From NCBI RefSeq assembly GCF_000015805.1, contig NC_009073.1, forward strand, positions 1,140,001 through 1,172,000: a stretch of 32,000 nucleotides of DNA. Direction: 5' to 3'. The position numbers were made by a program, and so were the translations under genes. The DNA comes from Pyrobaculum calidifontis JCM 11548 (GTDB taxonomy: Archaea > Thermoproteota > Thermoprotei > Thermoproteales > Thermoproteaceae). Every line of letters begins with the position of its first letter. Position 1 is the stretch's first letter. The notes under the pieces were generated by a model. It saw nothing but the letters and a program-made list of their open reading frames with translations, did no database searches and was not told the origin of the DNA. Shown in pieces: positions 9,586 through 17,938 of the stretch.

Positions 9586-10443
9586 CTATTTAACCATTAG
9601 GTGGAGGGCCACTAGGGCGGCCAGTGCGGGCAGGGCGGTGGCGTACATTACCAGGGCTGTGTAGCCGGTGAGCTTCGCCGCCACGGCTGGGGGGTATATG
9701 GAGGCGTAGAACTGGACGGCGGAGCGGGGGAACTCGTAGATGGTCATGTAGGCCACTCTCCCGGCGACTAGGGCGATGAGGACTTCCAGGGGCGTCAGCC
9801 TCCCTACGTGGTACAGCGGCGCGGCGGCCATTATGCCGTATGTGGGCCTCACCGCGGAGATGGAGGCGACGAGGGCCGCCTCTGGGCTTATGGGTAGCCA
9901 CTCCATGGGCACCGCCACGCCGAGGGCTTCAAGCGCCATGAACACCGCCTCAAAGACGGCGTACCGCGCCGTGATTGAGGCGGCTTGTCTGAGGATTTTC
10001 ACAGTGGGCGTCTTTGCAACGTCGGCGGTGACGTCGGGCCACTTGACGCGGATCCTCGTCGCCAGGAGGAAGCCCAGCGCCGATGAGAGGTACACAACGG
10101 CCAAGTAGGCCGCCCCCAGTAGGCCAAGGGCCCCCAGGGCTATGGGGATGACGCCTATGCGGAGGTGGAGGAGGACCACTCTGATGGGCCAAGTGGCGAA
10201 GGTGTATTGCACAATGTGCCTCATGTCCACCTTCCCTTCGCCAAGGGCGCGGGCAAGTATTGCGTGGGGCGTGCGGGCGTCTGCCACGGCCAGGGCCACT
10301 AGGCCGGCGGGCACTCCCGTGCGGCGCGAAATGGGGGCGGCCACCCTCTCCAGGTGGCGGAGTAGGTACTTAGCCGCGAGGAGGCCCGCGGCCACTGATA
10401 TGAAGACCATGGCGGCTCTATACGCGGCGTCAAGCGGCGACAC
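9586..10443 (-). CDS. Polytopic membrane protein of unknown function
   Basis: Long hydrophobic ORF. The track start is 10509, but a minus-strand TTTTTATAT box (10462-10470) ends 18 nt before an in-frame GTG at 10443. That matches the spacing seen at other genes here, so the start is uncertain. Confidence 0.55.
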   Translation of the reverse strand: MSPLDAAYRAAMVFISVAAGLLAAKYLLRHLERVAAPISRRTGVPAGLVALAVADARTPHAILARALGEGKVDMRHIVQYTFATWPIRVVLLHLRIGVIPIALGALGLLGAAYLAVVYLSSALGFLLATRIRVKWPDVTADVAKTPTVKILRQAASITARYAVFEAVFMALEALGVAVPMEWLPISPEAALVASISAVRPTYGIMAAAPLYHVGRLTPLEVLIALVAGRVAYMTIYEFPRSAVQFYASIYPPAVAAKLTGYTALVMYATALPALAALVALHLMVK

Positions 10444-10518
10444 GTTGACAATTGTGTAGACATATAAAAATGCAAATGTTGCACAGAAAGCCTTATAGGG
10501 GGCCGCCATGGCTCCCCC

Positions 10519-10920
10519 ATGCGGTTTCTCCCCTCGCTGGCAGGCCTGTCGGCTGGGATCGCCCTGGCCCTACTGGGCCTAGGACAAGCCGCGCTTTGGG
10601 CGTTGGCGGCCACTGGCGTCTTTCACGCCCTGTTTCAGAAGCCGCAGGCGCTTTGCGCAAAGGGCGGGGGGTGTGAGAAAGTTCTCTCATCCCCATATGC
10701 GAGGCCCTTCGGCGTGCCCATGGAGGTGCTCGGCGCGGCGTGGTTCATAGGCGTGCTGCCGGCGTACTACCTCGGCGCGGGGCAACTTTGGGCGTTTATA
10801 GGCATAGCAGGCGTGGCCGTGCTTACGGCCATTGAGGCAAAGCTGAGGGCCTTCTGCGCCTACTGCACAGTGGCCCACCTAATAGGCCTTGCCGCAGCCG
10901 CCCTATTGCTGTCGGCGTAA
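10519..10920 (+). CDS. Vitamin K epoxide reductase (VKOR) family membrane protein, stand-alone
   Basis: Loop Cys pair CAKGGGCEKVLSSPYARPFGVP plus CXXC in a TM helix (FCAYCTVAH), with about 4 TM segments. A TATA-like CTTATAGG (10492-10499) ends 19 nt before the ATG. Confidence 0.75.
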   Translation: MRFLPSLAGLSAGIALALLGLGQAALWALAATGVFHALFQKPQALCAKGGGCEKVLSSPYARPFGVPMEVLGAAWFIGVLPAYYLGAGQLWAFIGIAGVAVLTAIEAKLRAFCAYCTVAHLIGLAAAALLLSA

Positions 10921-10949
10921 TGGTTTTAAATCAAAGCCCCATCTCCCAC

Positions 10950-11195
10950 ATGGCTCTGGCGGAGGTGGCCCTCTTGGCCTTTGCCCTTATTGTGGCAGGG
11001 TTTTTGCTAATGGTCATTTCGCTCCTCCTGGCCGCGAGGGGAGGCGAGGCCAGGGGCGAGGCCGGCGGGGTAATCATGATAGGCCCAGTCCCAATTGTGT
11101 TTGGCACTAGCAAAAACGCGGCGCTGGCGGCCGCCGTGGCGGCGCTAATGGTGTTAGGCCTTCTCCTCTTCTTGGTGGTACTTCTTCCAAAGTAG
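10950..11195 (+). CDS. Small membrane protein, DUF131/TIGR00304-like
   Basis: Two TM helices flank GGVIMIGPVPIVFGTSK. TTTTAAAT (10924-10931) ends 18 nt before the ATG at 10950; the track start at 10920 is less likely. Confidence 0.6.
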   Translation: MALAEVALLAFALIVAGFLLMVISLLLAARGGEARGEAGGVIMIGPVPIVFGTSKNAALAAAVAALMVLGLLLFLVVLLPK

Positions 11196-11426
11196 CCACT
11201 GGGCCAGCGCGAGGACAAACAGCAGAGCCGCCACCGCCGTCAAACCCCATGTGAGCGCTGGCGGCGCCCCCGCGCCGAAGCAGATGGGGAAGAACAACAC
11301 TACGACGCACCCCACTGCGGCCACGCCCCCCTCTGCGTGGTACGTCATTGCGATAAACGGCACTGCGGCGAGGAGGAGGACTCCCAGCACCACAAGGGCG
11401 AGGCCGGCGGCGAATAGGAGGTTCAC
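11154..11426 (-). CDS. Small membrane protein, DUF131-like paralogue
   Basis: TM - AEGGVAAVGCVVVLFFPICFGAG - TM, the same layout as the neighbouring gene. The probable start is a GTG at 11426 (or TTG at 11435/11465). Its 3' end overlaps the convergent paralogue by 42 nt. Confidence 0.5.
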   Translation of the reverse strand: MNLLFAAGLALVVLGVLLLAAVPFIAMTYHAEGGVAAVGCVVVLFFPICFGAGAPPALTWGLTAVAALLFVLALAQWLLWKKYHQEEEKA

Positions 11427-11464
11427 AAGCGGCAATGGTTTTAAGATTAAAAGTTTTTGTCCCA

Positions 11465-11866
11465 ATGCCCTTTGAGGCCCGGTACCGGGTGTATTTACAC
11501 CACACAGACGCCGCGGGGATTGTCCACTTCTCCCGCCTCTTGGCGCTTGTGGAACAGGCGGAGGAGGACTTCTACGCCAGCGCCGGAGTCTCCTCTATCC
11601 AAGGGATATTCCCGCGGCGGGAGGTCTACGCCTCCTTTACCTACCCCCTGAGGCGTGGGGACGAGGTGGCAGTTAGAATATGGGCTGAGGAGGTTAGGAG
11701 GAGGGCTGTGAAATACCGATTCGAGGTGTTCAACCTCACCGCCGGGGTCAAAGCCGCGGAGGGCTACGTGGTAGGCGTCTGCGTGGACGTCAAAGAGGGA
11801 AAGCTCGTCGCGGTGGAGTGCCCCGAGGACTTCCTAGAGGCGTGGAGGAGAAATGCTCCTCCTTGA
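11465..11866 (+). CDS. Hotdog-fold acyl-CoA thioesterase (4HBT/YbgC-like)
   Basis: YRVYLHHTDAAGIVHFSRLLALVEQAEEDF is a typical 4HBT N-terminal motif. The ATG at 11465 lies downstream of an AT-rich TTTTAAGATTAAAAG element. Confidence 0.7.
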   Translation: MPFEARYRVYLHHTDAAGIVHFSRLLALVEQAEEDFYASAGVSSIQGIFPRREVYASFTYPLRRGDEVAVRIWAEEVRRRAVKYRFEVFNLTAGVKAAEGYVVGVCVDVKEGKLVAVECPEDFLEAWRRNAPP

Positions 11867-12719
11867 GATTTCAACTCTCTTCCCAGGGCCGCTGGCGGGC
11901 AGAGTCCTCCAGTCGGCCGGGTTCAGAGTGGTGAAGGTGGAACCGCCCAGCGGCGACCCGCTCTCTGCCTACTCGCCAACTCTCTACTCCCTTTTAAACG
12001 AGGGGAAGGAGATTGTAAAAGTGGACCTCCGGGCAGAAGGCGGCGGCCTTGTGCGGGAGCTGGCGAAAGAGGCAGACGCGGTTTTGACCACTCTCCGCCC
12101 CTCCACAGCGGCAAAACTCGGCGTGTCCTATGAACACCTGAGGGAGGTGAAGCGGGAGCTGGTCTACCTCTCCATAGTGGGATACGGCGACAGAGACTGG
12201 CCCGCCCACGACTTGAATTTGGCTGGGCTCGCCGCGCACTTCGTACAAAGCCCTCCCCTGGCCCTCTCAGTGGACGTGGCCACGGCCCTCTACGCCGCCT
12301 ACCTAGTGGCAACGCGCGTGTGGAAGAGGGAGTGGGGCTACGTGGAGCTTGCCATGGAGGACGTGGCCTACCTCCTCAACCTTCTGGCCATAGCCGCGCA
12401 GAAGGACGGCCGGCCCGTCTTCACCACGGGAGTCTACCCCCTCTACCGTGTGTACACGTGTAAGGGCGGTGCCGTGACGGTGGCGGCCTTGGAGGAGAAG
12501 TTCTGGCGGAGGTTCGTGGAGGCCATCGGCCGGCCCGACCTAGCGGACAGGGCCTACGACCCGGCGGCCGCCGCCGAGGTGGAAAAGGCCGTTGGGGATA
12601 TGGACTGCGGAGAGCTCCTCGCATTAGGCGCCGAGGTCCCCATAGCCCCAGTGAGAGGCCTAGGCCAGGTGGCCGACGCCTTGGACCTCCGCCGCCTTTT
12701 TGAGAGACTGAAGCTGTAG
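11853..12719 (+). CDS. Family III CoA-transferase (CaiB/BaiF-like), short form
   Basis: The N-terminus LEISTLFPGPLAGRVLQSAGFRVVKVEPPSGDP matches the family III CoA-transferase signature. It overlaps the thioesterase gene by 14 nt, so the two are probably an operon. Confidence 0.7.
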   Translation: MLLLEISTLFPGPLAGRVLQSAGFRVVKVEPPSGDPLSAYSPTLYSLLNEGKEIVKVDLRAEGGGLVRELAKEADAVLTTLRPSTAAKLGVSYEHLREVKRELVYLSIVGYGDRDWPAHDLNLAGLAAHFVQSPPLALSVDVATALYAAYLVATRVWKREWGYVELAMEDVAYLLNLLAIAAQKDGRPVFTTGVYPLYRVYTCKGGAVTVAALEEKFWRRFVEAIGRPDLADRAYDPAAAAEVEKAVGDMDCGELLALGAEVPIAPVRGLGQVADALDLRRLFERLKL

Positions 12720-14261
12720 CGCAAAGTCATAGGCGTCTACTATCGCCTTTATGGAGGCGTCTACCACGTTGCTGGAGACGCCCACTGTCCTCCAGACGCG
12801 CTCGCCGTCTGTGAACTCCACCGTGACTCTCACGACGCTCTCCGTGCTCTTCACCGTGGTGGGCAAGACGACGCGGTAGTCGCGCAGGGTGACCCTCAGA
12901 AGCTCTGGGAAAGCTGCCGTGAAGGCCCTCCGCAGCGCCACGTCTACGGCGTGCACGGGGCCCACGCCCTCCCCAGCCTCGAGCATCTCTCTGCCGCCCA
13001 CCTTGACCTTGACCACGGCAAATGCGGCAGGGGTGGGGCCAGTCACCACCCGCCACTCCGTCAGCCTAAACCGCTCCTTGTAAAGGCCGAGGTGTTTTAA
13101 CAGTATCAAAAGCGCCGAGGCTGGGGCCTCGTCGAAGGAGTAGCCCTCTCTCTCAAGCCTCTTCACCTCCTCAAGCGCCCTCCTAACCGCCTGGTGGCGC
13201 TTGTCGAGGGGGATGCCCAGCTCCTCCGCAGCCTTGAGCGCCACGCTGGCGCCCCCAGCCATCTCGGACACCACGACGACGCGCCTATTCCCCACCAGCG
13301 CTGGGTCAATGTGCTCGTAGGCCCTCGGCACCTTCATAACCGCGTCTGCGTGGACTCCGCCCTTGTGGGCAAAGGCGAAGTCTCCCACGTAGGGCTGGTA
13401 GGGGTTCGGCTGTCTGCCAAGCGCCTCGTACACCATCCGCGACAGCTCTCTCAGCCGTCCAAACTTAACGGGGGGCGGCTCGTCTCTAAGCACACGGAAG
13501 CCCATCTTCAGCTCCAGGGTGGGCAACACGGCGGTTAAGTCCGCGTTCCCCGTCCTCTCCCCCACCCCGTTTATAGTCCCCTGCACGTGCCTAGCCCCCG
13601 CCACCACGGCCATTAGGGTGTTGGCCACGGCGCAGCCGATGTCGTTGTGCATGTGGGCCCCCAGCGCCATGGCTGGGAACCTCCTCTTCACCTCCGCCGT
13701 AATTCTGTACACCTCATGGGGCGGAGTGCCCCCGTTGGTGTCTGCCAGCACCACCACCCTGGCCCCCGCCCTCCAAGCAGTCTCTATAGACTCAAGGGCC
13801 CTCTCTGGGTCCTCTATGTAGCCTTGGTAGAAGTGCTCAGCGTCGTATATCACCTCCATGCCGTGCTCTCTGAGGTACTCCACGCTCTCGGCTATCATGG
13901 CCAAGTTCTCCTCCCACGTGGTCTCCAACACCTTCTCCACGTGGAGAGTCCAGCTCTTCCCAAAGATCACCGCCACTGGGACGTCGGCCTTCACTATGGC
14001 GTTTAAACTCTCGTCGTCCCTCGGCCTAACCCCCTTGCGCCTAGTGCTTCCAAACGCCGCGAGCCTCGCCCTAGTGAGAGAGTACTCCTTCATGGCCTTG
14101 AAGAAGTCCAAGTCCTTGGGGTTGGAGTAGGGCCAGCCCCCCTCGATGTAGTCCACGCCGACCTCGTCCAGCTTTAAGGCAATCCTAATCTTGTCCTCAA
14201 GCGTGAAGGAGACGCCCGCGCCCTGTGCGCCGTCTCTCAGTGTTGTGTCTAATGTTTCTAC
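12660..14261 (-). CDS. Citramalate / 2-isopropylmalate synthase (LeuA/CimA family); start codon region anomalous
   Basis: HMGL-like TIM barrel motifs (DTTLRDGAQG, HMHNDIGCAVANT, GVGERTGNADL) plus a C-terminal LeuA-dimer-like domain. The homologous frame extends to 14261, beyond the first in-frame start-type codon (GTG at 14156). Confidence 0.85.
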   Translation of the reverse strand, partial: VETLDTTLRDGAQGAGVSFTLEDKIRIALKLDEVGVDYIEGGWPYSNPKDLDFFKAMKEYSLTRARLAAFGSTRRKGVRPRDDESLNAIVKADVPVAVIFGKSWTLHVEKVLETTWEENLAMIAESVEYLREHGMEVIYDAEHFYQGYIEDPERALESIETAWRAGARVVVLADTNGGTPPHEVYRITAEVKRRFPAMALGAHMHNDIGCAVANTLMAVVAGARHVQGTINGVGERTGNADLTAVLPTLELKMGFRVLRDEPPPVKFGRLRELSRMVYEALGRQPNPYQPYVGDFAFAHKGGVHADAVMKVPRAYEHIDPALVGNRRVVVVSEMAGGASVALKAAEELGIPLDKRHQAVRRALEEVKRLEREGYSFDEAPASALLILLKHLGLYKERFRLTEWRVVTGPTPAAFAVVKVKVGGREMLEAGEGVGPVHAVDVALRRAFTAAFPELLRVTLRDYRVVLPTTVKSTESVVRVTVEFTDGERVWRTVGVSSNVVDASIKAIVDAYDFALQLQSLKKAAEVQGVGHLA

Positions 14262-14630
14262 ATAATCCCCGGCATGCCTATTTAGGAAATGTGGTACATA
14301 TAAACTTATCTCAGACCGACGAGGAGAAGCGCGGCGTAAAGACGGGGGAAATTGTGCAAGCGTGTCACGTGAGGGAATTGTAATAGTGAGGCCCTCTCCT
14401 GTGGATGCAGTGCTGATGTAACCTCTGGGGTATTGTGGTGTTTTGAAGAGGGGTCGAAAAATAGGGGCTTATAAACTCCGCTGTAAAAGCCCGTCGAAGA
14501 GTTTGACAGCGTTAAACGAGCCCGGCGGCGGTGCAGAGCATGTGGAGCAGCCCCGTTGGGCCGGCCTCTTCTTAACTCGGCGAGCCGTTTTAGCCATTAG
14601 TACAAGTTCTACCTAGGCGGGGGAGGCCGT

Positions 14631-15893
14631 TTACCCCATTTGAGCTGTGAACAACCACTTCCAGAGCGGGATGTAGGCGACGCCGCCGCGCTCCTCCTCG
14701 TAGTCCCAAGTGACAACCACGGCCCTGGCCCCCGTGAAGACTGTCTTGGCCCTTTCAAGCGCCTTAACCTCTCTCCTGTCTACCTCGTCTGGCGCAGAGA
14801 CGTATGTCACCTGGATCAACGTCGGCGGGTCGCCAGGCACTACGAAGTCTACCTCGTGCCCCTCGCCGCGCCAGTAGCGCAGGGGGAGGCCCCGCCTGGC
14901 CAGCTCAGCCGCCACCACTGCCTCCATCCTGACGCCTATGTCGAGCCTCTTCCTGAGGTTGAAGTAGGCGGGGTCCACCGGGTATATCTTCCTCGGCTGC
15001 TGGTGTACCTCTCTGGCGCCCCCCAGCTTATGCGCCGAGAGGACGTAGTACGCTTCCTCGAGGTACCTCAAGTAGGCGGCTAGCGTCTTCTTGCTCACGC
15101 GGTATCCGAGGCCCCTTAGGTAGCGGTGCGCGGCGCTGATGGAGAAGTAGCGGCCAAACCCCTCCTCTACCAGGGAGAGAAACACCTCGAAGACTGGGGC
15201 GGGGGATATCCTGTGCCGCTCCACCACGTCTCGGAGAACCACCGTGTCCCTGTACACTCTCACAAGCTCGCCGCGGAGCTCGGGCCTGGCCACCAGCTCC
15301 GGGAAGCCGCCCCACTCCACGTATTCCCTGAGAAGCGCCAGCAGAGTGCCCCTGGCCGTCGGCGCGTAGAGGTGCGCCGGGGCCGCGCCCCTCGCCTTGA
15401 GAAACTCCCGGAAGGAGAAGGGGAACATCACGCGGCTGATGTACCTCCCCCTAAGCTCGGTTGACACCGCGCGGGCGTCCAGCTGAGAAGAAGAGCCCGC
15501 CAGGGCTACTCTAAATCTGCCAGAGTCGAGGAGGGTCCTAACCCACCTCCCCCACATGGGGACGTTTTGCACCTCGTCTAGCAACAGATAGATAACGTCG
15601 CCATGCGGCTTCGCCAGCTCAACCACTGTTTTTACAAAGGAGCCGAAGTGCTCCGGCCTAACCCCGGCGAGTCTCACATCCTCAAAATTCACATAGACCA
15701 CGGACTCCCGCGGAGCGCCGCCTTTCACAAGCTCATCGGCGATTTGGAACAGGAAATACGTCTTCCCAGCCCTCCTTGGCCCCACCACAGCCAGTGCAAA
15801 ATCCCCCAACACATACTCCACCTCCCTCGGCACATACCTAGGCAGAGGCCTCGTAAACCACTCGCCTATAACCTCCCTAAACATGCGTTCCAC
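14631..15893 (-). CDS. ATPase, AAA_14 + DUF4143 (COG1373-type archaeal ATPase)
   Basis: Walker A GPRRAGKT, Walker B IYLLLDEVQ, and a long C-terminal DUF4143-like region. The start is a GTG at 15893 or an ATG at 15884. Confidence 0.8.
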   Translation of the reverse strand: MERMFREVIGEWFTRPLPRYVPREVEYVLGDFALAVVGPRRAGKTYFLFQIADELVKGGAPRESVVYVNFEDVRLAGVRPEHFGSFVKTVVELAKPHGDVIYLLLDEVQNVPMWGRWVRTLLDSGRFRVALAGSSSQLDARAVSTELRGRYISRVMFPFSFREFLKARGAAPAHLYAPTARGTLLALLREYVEWGGFPELVARPELRGELVRVYRDTVVLRDVVERHRISPAPVFEVFLSLVEEGFGRYFSISAAHRYLRGLGYRVSKKTLAAYLRYLEEAYYVLSAHKLGGAREVHQQPRKIYPVDPAYFNLRKRLDIGVRMEAVVAAELARRGLPLRYWRGEGHEVDFVVPGDPPTLIQVTYVSAPDEVDRREVKALERAKTVFTGARAVVVTWDYEEERGGVAYIPLWKWLFTAQMG

Positions 15894-15894
15894 G

Positions 15895-15936
15895 TAGGAA
15901 ACACATTCCCCAGATAAATGTTTCCTATAGGAAACA
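15895..15936. promoter_or_regulatory. Candidate operator: perfect 18-bp palindrome plus a third half-site bracketing the TATA box of the ATPase gene
   Basis: tgtttcctataggaaaca (15919-15936) is self-complementary. The half-site taggaaaca recurs at 15895-15903. The minus-strand TATA box TTTATCTG lies between them at 15911-15918. Confidence 0.5.
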
Positions 15937-16261
15937 GTCTACGCCGTGCGTTTCAGCTTAGCTGCGTTGCCAGACACGGCATCACTGGCGAACTGCCAAC
16001 GTTTGTCCTCACGCCTTGGCTTTACCGCGATGGAGAGCAGGGGCAATGATTAATACAAATAATATGTTGCAACTATGCACAAGGCATTTTGTTCCAGTGT
16101 AGCCGACTTGGCGCCGCTTGGAACGACGTGGGGCTCCGTGTGGGGGATTGGACGTGGTTTTGGCGGACTCTTCTGCGGCGACTCTGAGGAGCCTAGCGGC
16201 TGGGGGTGGATCGGTGGAGGAAGCGGCGTGGTGTCCGTAGAGGCGCCCTGCGCAGTTTGAC

Positions 16262-17548
16262 ATGGCTCTCGTCTCTCTCAGGCTGGTTGCGCTGAGCGTG
16301 GCGATAGGCGCGTTGACGGGGCTGGCGGCGTTGGCCATGGTGTACGGCATCAAGGCTGTTGAGTTTGTGCTCTTAAGGGGGGCTGTGGGCGTGGTGCTCC
16401 CCTCCTCTTACGCCGAGGAAATGGAGCCCTACTCGCCTCCAGAGAGGCCTTGGCTCCTGCCCCTGGTGATGGCTCTGGCTGGCTTAGTGGGGGCGGTGCT
16501 GGTGGGCGTAATCGCGCCGGCGGAGTGTAGAGGCACCGACGCGGCTATTAGGGCCTACCACACCCACGGCGGCGTTGTAAAACTCTCGCGGTCGCTACTG
16601 AGCCTGGCGGCGACCGCCTTCAACTTAGGCGCCGGCGGCCCAGCGGGGCGGGAGGGCGCCATAACCTTCGCTGGCGCCGGCATTGGGTCGGCGGTAGCCC
16701 GGCTATTCTCCCCCTCTCCCGAGGAGAAGCGCGTGGCCCTAGTGGCCGGGCTGGGGGCAGGCATGGCCGCCATCTTCAGGGCGCCCATCGGCGGCGCCCT
16801 CTTTGCCCTCGAGGTGTTGTACATGAGAGACATCGAGGCAAGGGCGCTTATTCCAACTCTCGTGGCGTCCTCTGTGAGCTACGTGGTGTTCGCCTCCGCG
16901 GCAGGGTGGAAGAGAGAGCTATATCTGCCCGGAGCATGGGAACACTTGGCGCCTGCGTCTCTCCCATACTACGTGTTTCTAGGCGCCGTGGCGGGGGCCG
17001 TGGGGGTCTTCTACGCCGTGGTGCTCCACCTTGTTTCCGAGGCGTTGCACGGCGTCCGCGCGCCTCCCCTCGTAAAGCCTACCTTGGCCATGGCGGCGGT
17101 GGGGGCCCTCGGCGTGTTTTTCCCACAGATCTTGACCCCCGGCTATGGGTGGATGCAACAGGTAGTCCTCGGCGTGGTGTACCCCTGGTGGTTCTTCTTC
17201 CTCTTAGCCTTGTTGAAGATCTTGGTCGTGGCCTTGGTGCTCGGCAGCGGCGGTGTGGGCGGCGTCTTCTCCCCAGGCCTCTTCATAGGCGGAATGGTGG
17301 GGGCCGGCCTTTGGGAGCTGTTAAACCACGTGCCGGGCTTCGGCGAGCCGCTCTACGCGTTTGTGGTAGTAGGAGCCGTCTCGCTCTTCGCCGCGGCTGG
17401 CAAGACGCCGCTCTCGGTCACAGTCATGGCAATTGAGATGACAGGCGCCTTCACCGTGACCCCCGCCGCCGCGGTGGCGGTGGCAACAGCGTACCTCATA
17501 TCGGGCCGCTATACTGTGTACAGCGGCAAGAAAGAGGCGAGGCAGTAG
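16262..17548 (+). CDS. ClC-family chloride/anion channel or H+/Cl- antiporter, no CBS domains
   Basis: 428-aa polytopic ORF with GREGAITFAGAGIG and GGVFSPGLFIGG motifs (the ClC selectivity-filter regions). Confidence 0.85.
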   Translation: MALVSLRLVALSVAIGALTGLAALAMVYGIKAVEFVLLRGAVGVVLPSSYAEEMEPYSPPERPWLLPLVMALAGLVGAVLVGVIAPAECRGTDAAIRAYHTHGGVVKLSRSLLSLAATAFNLGAGGPAGREGAITFAGAGIGSAVARLFSPSPEEKRVALVAGLGAGMAAIFRAPIGGALFALEVLYMRDIEARALIPTLVASSVSYVVFASAAGWKRELYLPGAWEHLAPASLPYYVFLGAVAGAVGVFYAVVLHLVSEALHGVRAPPLVKPTLAMAAVGALGVFFPQILTPGYGWMQQVVLGVVYPWWFFFLLALLKILVVALVLGSGGVGGVFSPGLFIGGMVGAGLWELLNHVPGFGEPLYAFVVVGAVSLFAAAGKTPLSVTVMAIEMTGAFTVTPAAAVAVATAYLISGRYTVYSGKKEARQ

Positions 17549-17625
17549 CGGCCAGCGGTTTTTCGTCACAGCTCAGCCGTCTCTCCCATCGCCACCACTA
17601 CCCCACCGAGGACAGCCTTAAAAAA

Positions 17626-17938
17626 TTAACACACCTCGACAACAACGTCAATAAACTTGGCGTACCACCCCCGGTACTGCTCAGGCGTGGCAAAGTAGAG
17701 CTCCACCACCGCCGGGCTCCCCAGCACCTCTTTCACAGCCACGGCTATCTTCGCCCTCTCCCCTGCTGACGATTAACATGTCTATGTCGCTATCGGCTGA
17801 CCAGTCCCCCCTGGCCACGCTCCCAAACACGTAAACCGAGGCGTCTGGCAGAAACCGCTTAACCACCGCGCAGACAACCTCGGCAACGTTGCGCCAGTTC
17901 CTAAGCCGCTCAACACTCCTCTCGCCCCACTCCAACAT
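17626..17938 (-). pseudogene. Minimal nucleotidyltransferase (MNT) of a HEPN-MNT pair, frameshifted
   Basis: MLEWGERS...VYVFGSVARGDWSADSDIDMLIV (the GS...D.D motif) runs out of frame at a G4 run (17760-17763). The +1 frame continues ERAKIAVAVKEVLGSPAVVELYFATPEQYRGWYAKFIDVVVEVC to a stop at 17626. Confidence 0.7.

Noticed and set aside
14400-14460. C/D box sRNA (ctgatgt ... ttga)
   Set aside because: The C box is imperfect and no proper CTGA D box lies at the right distance on either strand.
16090-16261. Fluoride (crcB-type) riboswitch upstream of the ClC gene
   Set aside because: I could not find the conserved GGCGAUG ... AACCGCC ... CUGAUGA-type core by eye on either strand, so only the unusually long leader is reported. 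A covariance-model scan would be needed to decide.
16009-16353. 114-aa minus-strand ORF spanning the ClC start region
   Set aside because: It overlaps the ClC N-terminus in antisense. It has no motifs or promoter and a poor composition.
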